A stretch of 64,000 bases of DNA from Candidatus Sysuiplasmataceae archaeon. GTDB taxonomy: Archaea; Thermoplasmatota; Thermoplasmata; Sysuiplasmatales; Sysuiplasmataceae. The translations under genes were made by a program, and so were the position numbers. Shown here in pieces: positions 19,282-28,036 of the stretch; position 1 is the first letter of the stretch; each line of letters begins with the position of its first letter. The notes under the pieces were generated by a model. The model saw only the letters and a list, made by a program, of their open reading frames with translations. It did not search any database and was not told the origin of the DNA. The DNA lies in NCBI GenBank assembly GCA_046706185.1, contig JBJKPR010000056.1, forward strand, positions 11,094 to 75,093, in the 5' to 3' direction.

Positions 19282-20553
19282 TCGCCCTCAAAACGCAATG
19301 TTTCTATAAATAGCTTCGCAAACGTCAGAGAAGCCGATCGCGTTATCGACAGTACACAGGCAGGAACAGTACGCAGGCAGTACACATGATCATATATGGG
19401 ATCTGCATGCGACCCATGCGATCGCTGCCGTTGTGAGCGTACTACGGATCAGTTGAGGATCAGTTGCCCATTCGCCCTTGTTGTTCATGGATATTCAGGA
19501 GGGTATCACAGGCAGAGGACTTCTTGGCGTCTCCCTCTGTGTGCCTGTGACGTTCAATGGTATGCTTCAGCCAAATCCGTGACAAACGTTGCACAGTTTG
19601 CATTTTCGTTGCTCAACCAAGTCGATCAAAGGTCATGGCATAGTATTGCCTGAGAAATCAAGTCAGGCGTTGCGCAAGACTGTGTTCATTCGGACGCAAC
19701 CATAATGCCATTGCAGTTTGTACGAAATTAGGTTCGGCCAACAAGGAATATGCGGGGCCGTTCTTACTGCCCATTATTTGACTTGTTACTGTAATGAGAA
19801 TATCGCAATATAAACAAACTGCACAATCCTGTCCTCATATGCAGGCAAGACCAGGAAACCTCAAGACAGTCATGGTTTGTATTGTGCTTACTGCAGTTGT
19901 GAGGAGATGCGGCTTAGCATCTTTTCTCAGTAAGGTCAGGCTTTCCCTGCAACAGTCTGGATTCCCTGTGGCTATCACTTTTCTTGCCAGAGACGCCATC
20001 TTTGTTGCTATGGGAAAGCTTCCTTCCTGCAGCGAGGGATTGCACCGCAGAAACCAAACGTCCAGTACTGCGTTATGATTACAGGGCAGCCTGCAAGGCT
20101 TTCTAGAAGCCGACACAGGCTGCTCAAATATCACATGCCTGTGCTCAGTTTGCGATCAATGCTGGCAATGTGCGGAGTCGGGGGCTGGAGCGGAGAATGA
20201 GTGCTGTACCAGGAAGATCAGGTCTCAGGCTTCTGTTTATCAGCATAAAGAGCAAAACTATCAGGAGATGAAAAGCCGGTAATTGCTCCCAGAGAGCGTG
20301 TTTGGGCGACACTTACTGCCCTGAATGTGAAGGTCTGAGCAGGAGCTGATGCAAATGCTGCCGAAAAACGTAGTTCAGGGTGTGGAATAGAAGAAGCACG
20401 ATTGGAGGACAGGCGCTGTCTCTGGTGCAGCAATGAAGACTGAAAGGAAGGAAATAGCCCAACATTTTGCATTGCAATAACCAGTCCTTGAGGCAGGCGG
20501 CAGTGGAACGGTGAGACTATTAAGGCGTAGAGTCAATACAGCAACCGATCGAT

Positions 20554-21048
20554 GTGAACAGGGCAAAGAAAGTCAGTGACAGCGCATCTCATATCGCGAG
20601 AGTGATGATGCCCACAGACGCAAACATAGCGGGGAATGTGTTTGGAGGGACTATACTGAAAATGATTGATGAGGTGTCGGGTCTGGTGGCGGTGAGACAC
20701 TGTAATTCCAATGTCGTGACAGCATCAATAGAGCACATGGATTTCCTGTGGCCGGTGCACATAGGCGATCTTCTGTCCATGGATGCAAAGATGACCTATG
20801 TCGGCAGGAGCTCGATGGAAGTGATCGTGAGAGTGAATTCTGAGGATCTTTTTACTGGGGAAACTCATTATGCAGGCGATTCGACCGTAACGCTTGTGGC
20901 ACTCGACAGGGATGGACATCCTACAGAGGTCCCGCGCCTGATTCTTGAAACGGAGGAAGATAGGAAGCTTGCAGCAGACGCCGAAGCCAGGAAGAAGATG
21001 CGTGAACAGAGGTCTGCGGACAGGAACAAGGGGATTGGATCGGTTTGA
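20554..21048 (+). CDS. Acyl-CoA thioesterase, hotdog fold (YciA-like)
   Basis: MPTDANIAGNVFGGTILKMIDEVSGLVAVRH...ASIEHMDFLWPVHIGDLL is the typical 4HBT/YciA motif. Confidence 0.75.
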   Translation: MNRAKKVSDSASHIARVMMPTDANIAGNVFGGTILKMIDEVSGLVAVRHCNSNVVTASIEHMDFLWPVHIGDLLSMDAKMTYVGRSSMEVIVRVNSEDLFTGETHYAGDSTVTLVALDRDGHPTEVPRLILETEEDRKLAADAEARKKMREQRSADRNKGIGSV

Positions 21049-21081
21049 ACGCAGAGACCTCTTGACGGACAGCACAATCAC

Positions 21082-22419
21082 ATGAATGACGACCTGTTTG
21101 ACGAACGACGTTACAATACTGACCTGCTGGCTGGAAACGAATTGTCCATCCGAAGGGCAGCTGATGGGTTCGCAGTATTTGGTTTCCGCAAGAACAGGGA
21201 TCTGCTAACAGCAATAGCGGCAACCAGGCTTAGCTATACCGGCGAGAGGAGTTTCTCCGCACTCAGGTGCGCTCACTCTTCAAGACATCTGTCCCCTTTT
21301 CTGGAAGGAAGACACACATGGCTCCCGCTTCTGCACACTACGGCATTGTTCAGATTCTATGGCCGCAGGGAAGAGCAGGAATTCAGGGGAGGATCTTTGA
21401 CTTCGTCACAGCTCAGCTTCGAATTGCTGGAGGCGTTCAGCAGAGGAGAATGGACTCGTGCCGCGGGAATTGCGAAGGAGATGGCGGTCAGGGGAGAAAA
21501 CGAGAACCTGCTGATTGCACTGAGATCAGAGGCCCTGAGGAGGCATTCATCGAGTTCCAATGCATACAACGTGTGGAATGCCGTGCGCTGTGTCGCCTCT
21601 GATGATCCGGATATTCTTCCAGAGGCGGCTGTAACAGCAGTCACTGCGCTCTCAAACGAGGATCTCTCCGGCAGCTACTTTGCATCACGGAAGCTCATTT
21701 CAGATGAGCGCCTGGACACAGAAAGGCTCGTCGACGAAGACGGCGAACTCGATGAAAGAGAAGAAGGCAACCTGATTGGAGCGATAAGAAGCGGTTTCAC
21801 AGAGCTGTCGATGCAGTTGATAGGGAGACAGCTGAAACACGGTGTTGCTTTGCTTCCACTGCTCAGGAGAGTGTCTGTAGAAGCATTGAGACAGTCCTTC
21901 AACAGCCAGAGAAAGGAACTGATCGACGGCCATATTGCATTCATCGGGTCAATATCGGAGGCAAACAGGAAAGCAGATATGGTTTCAAGCTTCACGCCGC
22001 ATGAGCTTATCATATTATGTCTGGAAACAACGGCACTTGCATGCGAGAGGCGGTTCAGGAGGAAGAAAGAGAAGGAAGTTAGCCTCGAGGAAGCGGTCAG
22101 TTTAATGGAAAAGGGGAGAGTTGCCGACATGCTTTCACACATAGAAGGTGCCAGGAACATGCAGGAGGCAGGAAAAGTGCTCAAGATGATAGCGCTTTCA
22201 TCCCTGAGGTGCGATCCTGAGGCGGTGAACGACAATCCACTCATCCACTGCACCGCATCCATCTACACTGGAACGGCAGAATCATCACTTTCAGACCTGA
22301 AAGCAGCGTTGCAGGACTGTGCAGACTTCATTGCGGTCAGCAGAAAAGGGAAGAAGAGCTGCGGTCAGACAATAATGCGCGTTCTAGAGAAGGAGAAAGG
22401 AGAGTCGGAGTATCGGTGA
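21082..22419 (+). CDS. Hypothetical protein (445 aa, predicted largely alpha-helical), no recognisable domain
   Basis: Long uninterrupted ORF with ordinary codon usage. I can recall no conserved motif for it. Confidence 0.45.
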   Translation: MNDDLFDERRYNTDLLAGNELSIRRAADGFAVFGFRKNRDLLTAIAATRLSYTGERSFSALRCAHSSRHLSPFLEGRHTWLPLLHTTALFRFYGRREEQEFRGGSLTSSQLSFELLEAFSRGEWTRAAGIAKEMAVRGENENLLIALRSEALRRHSSSSNAYNVWNAVRCVASDDPDILPEAAVTAVTALSNEDLSGSYFASRKLISDERLDTERLVDEDGELDEREEGNLIGAIRSGFTELSMQLIGRQLKHGVALLPLLRRVSVEALRQSFNSQRKELIDGHIAFIGSISEANRKADMVSSFTPHELIILCLETTALACERRFRRKKEKEVSLEEAVSLMEKGRVADMLSHIEGARNMQEAGKVLKMIALSSLRCDPEAVNDNPLIHCTASIYTGTAESSLSDLKAALQDCADFIAVSRKGKKSCGQTIMRVLEKEKGESEYR

Positions 22420-22585
22420 AAGGATCGAAAAGGGAGTCTGACCTTGTCAGAAGGTGCAAACTTCGATCATGAGTTTGGAAAATGTCGGCAGATGTTTTCG
22501 ATCAGATCGGAGATTCAAAAAGATCTGATTCATCGAAAGATTTTATTTGCATGAAAGTATATACCTACTTACGGAGTGAGGTTTT

Positions 22586-22651
22586 TTGCCGGCAAAGAAA
22601 AAAGCAAAAACAGCAAAAAAGGCAAAGAAAGCAGCAAAAAAGAAAAAGTAA
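22586..22651 (+). CDS. Candidate micro-ORF: 21-aa Lys/Ala-rich peptide (M/L-PAKKKAKTAKKAKKAAKKKK) with TTG start
   Basis: SD-like GGAGTGAGG 5-13 nt upstream of the TTG. TATA-like AAGTATATA or TTTTATTT further upstream. Below the 60-aa ORF-track cutoff. Composition resembles basic nucleic-acid-binding tails. Confidence 0.3.
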   Translation: MPAKKKAKTAKKAKKAAKKKK

Positions 22652-22782
22652 TGGAGCTTGACTGGCGCGGAAGTGCCGTCGGATCTATCTGTTTCAAATT
22701 CTATTCCTTTAATTTTTCTTCCTTTTTCATAAAGTGGCGATGTGCACAAACAATATCTATCCGCCACCCATGGTAGAAGACG

Positions 22783-24864
22783 ATGAGTAATACAGCCGAA
22801 AGAACCAACAGGCTGGCGAAGGAGCGCAGCACTTATCTCAGAAGCGCAGCACACCAATCCATAGAATGGTTTCCATGGTCTGAAGAACCATTCGATCTGT
22901 CAAGGGAGAAGAGGAGGCCGGTGCTGCTTGACATAGGTGCATCCTGGTGTCACTGGTGCCACGTGATGGATGAAGGCACCTATGAGGACGAAGAGATTTC
23001 ATCCTTCATCAACGACCACTACATTGCGGTGAAGGTTGACAGGGATGAGAGGCCCGATGTGGATGCGAGATACCAGAAGGCTGTAAGTTCAATGACAGGA
23101 CAGGGAGGTTGGCCGTTGACTGTTTTCCTGGACGATCAGGGCAGGCCGTTCTACGGCGGTACGTACTTTCCGCCGAGACCGACGGGTGAATTGCCCGGTT
23201 TCCTTGAGCTGCTGAGAAGGATTTACAGCTACTACACCACTCGGGAAGTGGAAAGGGAGGAGGTGGCTAGGAGCGTCACAGAGGCCGTTTCGTCACAGGA
23301 CAGGTACAATGAGGAGGATGTCGGAAGTGCTGAAATCAGGGCCGCCCTGCTCAAAATAGTTGATGAATGTGATATCAGAAACGGCGGCTTCGGATTTTCA
23401 CCAAAGTTCCCCCACACGTCTGCTATTGAGCTTCTCCTTTCCCTTTACCACCGGGGCAGGAAGGAAGGTTATGAACCGTTGCGCCTCACACTCTACGGTA
23501 TGCTGAATGGCGGCATCCACGACCAGCTTGGTGGAGGTTTCCACAGATACTCTACTGATGAAAAATGGATTGTGCCCCACTTCGAGAAGATGTCATACGA
23601 TAACGCGGGTTTGCTGAGGAACTACACGCACGCCTATCAGCTGTTCGGAGACGAAGAATACAGGAGAACAGCTCAAGGGATAGTCTCTTTTGTATCAGGA
23701 ACGCTCAGCGGAGAAGACGGCTTCTTCGCAAGCCAGGACGCGGATGCAAAACCAGGGGACGACGGAGACTACTGGACCTGGACACCTTCGGAGCTTGCTG
23801 AAGCCCTGGAAGGAAAGGAAAGGGAGGTTGCAGAGCTGCACTTCCACATACGCGGAATGGCCGAAATGCACAGGAAAGACAGGCATGTTCTCTACAGGGC
23901 AATGAACATCTCAGAGGTGGCGGAGAAAACGGCCATGACACCGGGGGAGGCTTCCTTGCTGCTGGATGACGCAAGGAAAAAGATGCTTGAATTCAGGTTG
24001 AAAAGGCCCTCACCTGCAGTGGACAGGAGCGTCTTTGGAAACTGGAACGGAATGATGGCGTCTTCCTTCTTCGAGTACTCGCGATGCTTCAACGACGAAA
24101 ATGCATTCAAACTGGCGAGGAGGAGCGTGGATAATTACATCAGGAATGCGTACGTTGATGGGCAGGGCTTTAGGCATACGCTGGCGGGTGGCGGGATAGA
24201 GGGCATGCTTGATGACCAGGTCCATATGCTGCATGCCGCACTCGACCTCTTCGAACTGAGTTCAGACCCAGCTGCAGGCGAAATTGCAGCACAGTCCGGG
24301 AACGTTATTGATGGATACAGATCCCCGTCAGGGGGACTGTATGATATTGACACGTCCAGGTACAACGGAGAGAAAATCGGCCTCTCGAATACAAGAAACG
24401 TGCATATCCACGACTCACCGGCCCAGTCTCCAGTTGCAGGAGCGGCAATTCTGCTGCAGAGGGCTGGGGCAATTTTCGAGGATGAACGAGCCGCTGCACT
24501 CGCCAGGTCGATCATAAGGGAAATTGTACCCTCATGCATCTCATCCGGTGTGTTCACTGCATCCATTTTCGTCGCGCTTGACCAGATGATAAACGGCGTG
24601 CCGCTCGTCGTTGTGGCGGGAAGCGGTAAAGACACCGGGTTCAGCGAACTGAACAGAGCCTCCGCATCAGTCTACCTTCCTTGGAAGGAGACTGTGCTGA
24701 TAGACACTGACACAGCTGAAACGGCACCTTATTCCGACACAATGCAATCTATAATAGGAAAAACGAGGGAAGAAGGGAAGCCGCTAGCGTTCTTCTGCAG
24801 AGGCAGAAGCTGCTCTCCGCCCGCCGAAACAGCCGCTAAGCTCCTTTCAATCCTTGGAAAATGA
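22783..24864 (+). CDS. Thioredoxin-domain protein, DUF255/YyaL family (N-terminal thioredoxin-like + six-hairpin glycosidase-like domain)
   Basis: FPWSEEPFDLSREKRRPVLLDIGASWCHWCHVMDEGTYEDEEISSFINDHYIAVKVDRDERPDVD is the DUF255 hallmark (WCHWCHVM). Confidence 0.8.
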   Translation: MSNTAERTNRLAKERSTYLRSAAHQSIEWFPWSEEPFDLSREKRRPVLLDIGASWCHWCHVMDEGTYEDEEISSFINDHYIAVKVDRDERPDVDARYQKAVSSMTGQGGWPLTVFLDDQGRPFYGGTYFPPRPTGELPGFLELLRRIYSYYTTREVEREEVARSVTEAVSSQDRYNEEDVGSAEIRAALLKIVDECDIRNGGFGFSPKFPHTSAIELLLSLYHRGRKEGYEPLRLTLYGMLNGGIHDQLGGGFHRYSTDEKWIVPHFEKMSYDNAGLLRNYTHAYQLFGDEEYRRTAQGIVSFVSGTLSGEDGFFASQDADAKPGDDGDYWTWTPSELAEALEGKEREVAELHFHIRGMAEMHRKDRHVLYRAMNISEVAEKTAMTPGEASLLLDDARKKMLEFRLKRPSPAVDRSVFGNWNGMMASSFFEYSRCFNDENAFKLARRSVDNYIRNAYVDGQGFRHTLAGGGIEGMLDDQVHMLHAALDLFELSSDPAAGEIAAQSGNVIDGYRSPSGGLYDIDTSRYNGEKIGLSNTRNVHIHDSPAQSPVAGAAILLQRAGAIFEDERAAALARSIIREIVPSCISSGVFTASIFVALDQMINGVPLVVVAGSGKDTGFSELNRASASVYLPWKETVLIDTDTAETAPYSDTMQSIIGKTREEGKPLAFFCRGRSCSPPAETAAKLLSILGK

Positions 24865-24881
24865 GGCAGAGACTGCATACC

Positions 24882-25061
24882 CTATTCCCTCGTGGCCTCG
24901 ACAAGCTTGCCCTTTGCCCAGTCCAGTCCCTTTCCTTCAGCGCAGTCCCTGCACAGGATCTGGAAGCCACGGGGGTTCATGAGATCGCTGAATTTCTTGA
25001 GGTCGATTAACTCCACGGGCATGCTGCAGTCATCGCATTGCATCTTATCGCTTCGAGTCAT
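24882..25061 (-). CDS. Small zinc-ribbon protein (59 aa) not in the ORF track
   Basis: Manual translation of the minus strand: MTRSDKMQCDDCSMPVELIDLKKFSDLMNPRGFQILCRDCAEGKGLDWAKGKLVEATRE. Two CxxC pairs (CDDC...CRDC). Sits in an otherwise empty intergenic gap. Confidence 0.45.
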   Translation of the reverse strand: MTRSDKMQCDDCSMPVELIDLKKFSDLMNPRGFQILCRDCAEGKGLDWAKGKLVEATRE

Positions 25062-25243
25062 AGTTTTTGGATACTATTTAAGATTGCCCGGAATGGCACA
25101 GGCGGTTATCGCCGGAGCGCTTGGTACGCTGCTGTTCTGTATTTAAAGAAGGAGCCCGATATTTCACAGGATCAAACTAAGTATTATACAAAAATAGCAA
25201 TATATGCAGTAAAGAGCGGACAGTACTGCCCTGAATCACGGAA

Positions 25244-27994
25244 GTGATTGAAGTGGAAACGACGATTAAAGGCTACTCTGCAGATGTAACTATTAGGGAC
25301 GGGTCGATGCTGAGCATAAGACCTGTGCTTCCAGAAGATCTCGACCTGCTCAAGGATTTCATACGGAAGACTTCAAGGCAGGCGTTAAGGCTCAGGTTCT
25401 TTGGCACCTCGCAATCGCCGGAGGAGAATTCGAGATACCTGATGCCTGACAGCTCCACAGGATACGCTATTCTTGCCACGCGGCAGGGGACGGTTGTGGG
25501 GCATGCTGCATTCTACTACACTGGAAAGGAGAAGAAGAGCGCAGAGGTGTCCGTCCTTGTTGGCGACGATTACAGGGGGAAGGGTGTTGGAACTGCCTTG
25601 CTCCAGCTCCTGAGCGAAGTGGGGGCGAATGGGGGAGTGATGGAATTCACACTTGAAATGCTGCCTGAAAATTTCGCGATGATTAACGTTGTCAAAGGGC
25701 TCGGTTTTCCATTCAGGACAGACATATCCCCCGGAAGCATAGTGATGAGCTTTCCCACTTCACTTTCTGACAGCGTCATACGTACCTTCGACGAGAGAGA
25801 GGCGGTGGCCACCAAGGCCTCAATACAGAATTTCCTCGAACCTGCTGCGGTGGCGGTGATAGGCGCTTCAAGGAGAAAGGGGAGCATAGGATGGCAGCTC
25901 TTCAGGAACATTGTGGAGGGGGAGTACACAGGCATCACCTACCCTGTAAACCCGGAAGCCTCCTCAGTCCAGTCCGTTCAGGCATACAAGAGCGTCCTTG
26001 ACTGCCCGGGACCGGTAGACCTGGCATTCATCGTTGTTCCTGCCAAGTATGTGAACCAGGTGGCAGAAGAATGCGGAAGGAAGGGGATCCGGTCGTTGGT
26101 TGTCATTTCGTCTGGCTTTTCTGAAATGAGCGGCAACCAGGGGCAGCAGATGCAGGAGGATCTCCTCAATACATGCAGGACGTATGGCATGAGGCTGATT
26201 GGGCCAAACTGCATGGGAATTGTGAGCACATCGCCATCGGTAAGGCTTAACGGGCAGTTTGCACCTTTCAAGCCAAAGGAGGGGAACCTCTCTTTCCTTT
26301 CACAGTCTGGTGCCCTCGGCATAGCGGTGATACAGGAACTCAACAGCCTCGGTCTTGGTCTCTCCTCCTTCATATCAGTGGGCAACAAGGCGGACATTTC
26401 AGGCAACGATCTGATGCAGTACTGGGAGGACGACGCCAATACAGATGTCATACTCATGTACCTTGAGTCGTTCGGCAATCCGAGGAAATTCTCAAGGATC
26501 GCGAGAAGGGTTTCGGAGAAGAAGCCTGTTGTTGTGGTGAAAAGCGGAAGGACGATTTCAGGCTCAAGGGCGGCAAAGAGCCACACGGGTGCAATGGTCT
26601 CGGCCTCCGACATAACGGTCGATGCACTGCTCAGCCAGTCCGGGGTAATACGCGCACAGTCGCTTCATGAGCTGTTTGATTTCGCATCTGTTCTTTCCAC
26701 CCAGCCTCTACCTGAGGGCAATGGCGTGGCAATAATAACAAATGCAGGAGGGGCTGGCATACTCGCGGCAGACGCATGCGAAGCGTCGGGGCTCCGGGTA
26801 GTCGAGTTCAGCCAGCCCGTGCAGCAGGAGCTGGCGAAGATCCTGCCTTCCATCGCTTCAGTCAGGAACCCTGTAGACATGACTGCAGGTGCGACGGCCG
26901 ATGACTATTACAAAGCTATCATGACTGCGTGCAGGGAACCCGGCGTGAATTCGCTCATAGTCCTGTTTGTGCCTCCTATTGAGATCAACGCGGAGGACGT
27001 TGGAAGAAGGATACTGGATGCCGCACGGGATCTGAAGGGAAGGGCGCCGATGATATCCGTTTTCATGGCCTCGACAGGTATTCCTGAGATGCTCTCTGCT
27101 GATTCCCTGAAGATACCTTCCTTCAAGTTCCCCGAGGACGCGGCAAGGGCGCTTGGAAAGGCTGTCGAGTATTCAAGGTGGAGGAGTGAGCCGAAGGGCA
27201 AATTCACACACACAAGAAACAGGAGGTTCGGAGAGGCGGCTGCAATCGTGGCGGAGGTGATGGGGAGAGGGGACGAATGGCTCTCGCTCGAAGAGACAAT
27301 AAAACTTCTGTCCATTTACGGGATTGATTTCCTGAAGACAGAATTTGCACTTACACCATCCGGGGCCTCGCAGAAGGCCTCGACATTCAGGCAGCATGTC
27401 GTCCTCAAGGTCAACTCTAGAACAGTGCTCCACAAGAGTGACGTTGGAGGAGTGAAACTTGACCTGGAGCCGTCGGAAGTAATCGTGGAGGCAGAAAAGA
27501 TGAAGACTGGTGTTGAGAGCCTTGGCCACAGGGTGGATGGCTTCACACTTCAGGCAATGGCTGAACCAGGGCTGGAAATGTTTGTTGGTGTAACTCACGA
27601 TGCGGACTTTGGGCCTATAGTCGCATGCGGCTACGGAGGAACTTATGTTGAGGCGATGAAGGACATTTCGGTACGGACGACGCCACTGACAGACAAGGAT
27701 GCGGACAGTATGTTAAGGTCGCTCAGGACATTCACGATACTCAAAGGCTTCCGCGGCGAAAAACCGTATGACACAGCAGCGCTGACAAAGCTAATACTTT
27801 CGGTCAACTCGATGGTGGAGGATATACCGGAGATACAGGAGCTTGACCTTAACCCTGTGATAGTACATAACGAGGGACTGACAACTGTCGATGCCAGGAT
27901 CAGGGTGGGCAAGACACTTCCCGGTGTTCCAGAAGGGGCAAAGAGAATAACGCCCATCGGCAGGGACAGGCAGAACACTGAAAAAAGAGAATAA
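25244..27994 (+). CDS. GNAT acetyltransferase fused to an ADP-forming acyl-CoA synthetase (alpha CoA-binding/ligase + beta ATP-grasp domains); Pat-like protein acetyltransferase or acetyltransferase-linked acyl-CoA synthetase
   Basis: N-terminal GNAT (VVGHAAFYYTG...YRGKGVGTALLQLL). CoA-binding domain (AVAVIGASRRKGSIGWQLF). Ligase-CoA domain with a His retained in KSHTGAMV. C-terminal ATP-grasp (VVLKVNSRTVLHKSDVGGVKLDL). Confidence 0.7.
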   Translation: MIEVETTIKGYSADVTIRDGSMLSIRPVLPEDLDLLKDFIRKTSRQALRLRFFGTSQSPEENSRYLMPDSSTGYAILATRQGTVVGHAAFYYTGKEKKSAEVSVLVGDDYRGKGVGTALLQLLSEVGANGGVMEFTLEMLPENFAMINVVKGLGFPFRTDISPGSIVMSFPTSLSDSVIRTFDEREAVATKASIQNFLEPAAVAVIGASRRKGSIGWQLFRNIVEGEYTGITYPVNPEASSVQSVQAYKSVLDCPGPVDLAFIVVPAKYVNQVAEECGRKGIRSLVVISSGFSEMSGNQGQQMQEDLLNTCRTYGMRLIGPNCMGIVSTSPSVRLNGQFAPFKPKEGNLSFLSQSGALGIAVIQELNSLGLGLSSFISVGNKADISGNDLMQYWEDDANTDVILMYLESFGNPRKFSRIARRVSEKKPVVVVKSGRTISGSRAAKSHTGAMVSASDITVDALLSQSGVIRAQSLHELFDFASVLSTQPLPEGNGVAIITNAGGAGILAADACEASGLRVVEFSQPVQQELAKILPSIASVRNPVDMTAGATADDYYKAIMTACREPGVNSLIVLFVPPIEINAEDVGRRILDAARDLKGRAPMISVFMASTGIPEMLSADSLKIPSFKFPEDAARALGKAVEYSRWRSEPKGKFTHTRNRRFGEAAAIVAEVMGRGDEWLSLEETIKLLSIYGIDFLKTEFALTPSGASQKASTFRQHVVLKVNSRTVLHKSDVGGVKLDLEPSEVIVEAEKMKTGVESLGHRVDGFTLQAMAEPGLEMFVGVTHDADFGPIVACGYGGTYVEAMKDISVRTTPLTDKDADSMLRSLRTFTILKGFRGEKPYDTAALTKLILSVNSMVEDIPEIQELDLNPVIVHNEGLTTVDARIRVGKTLPGVPEGAKRITPIGRDRQNTEKRE

Positions 27995-28036
27995 GGGGAA
28001 AAAATTGGCTGATCCCGGCAAACCCGTCTGCTGTGC

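Noticed and set aside
20030-20075. Possible RNase P RNA CR-II/III-like element (UGCACCGCAGAAACCAAACGUCC vs GUGCAACAGAGAGCAAACCGCC)
   Set aside because: I could not find the other universally conserved RNase P blocks (GGAAAGUCCGGGC, GGUAAG.GUGAAA, ACAGAACCCGGCUUA) nearby on either strand. The resemblance is likely chance. It is retained only as part of the generic ncRNA candidate region.
19396-20566. ORF-track entries 19396-19653(+), 19794-20078(+), 19835-20134(-), 20218-20472(-), 20375-20566(-)
   Set aside because: They are short and mutually overlapping with no motifs. They are typical spurious ORFs of GC-rich non-coding DNA.
22543-22857. 104-aa minus-strand ORF with poly-Phe/Ala tail, and the 66-aa plus-strand ORF 22576-22776
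   Set aside because: Both are translations of the A-rich and T-rich low-complexity stretch. The poly-F product is implausible. The SD-preceded 21-aa Lys-rich frame is the more parsimonious coding reading.
24892-25146. 84-aa plus-strand ORF
   Set aside because: It is featureless and overlaps the opposite-strand zinc-ribbon ORF, which has a coherent CxxC...CxxC pattern.
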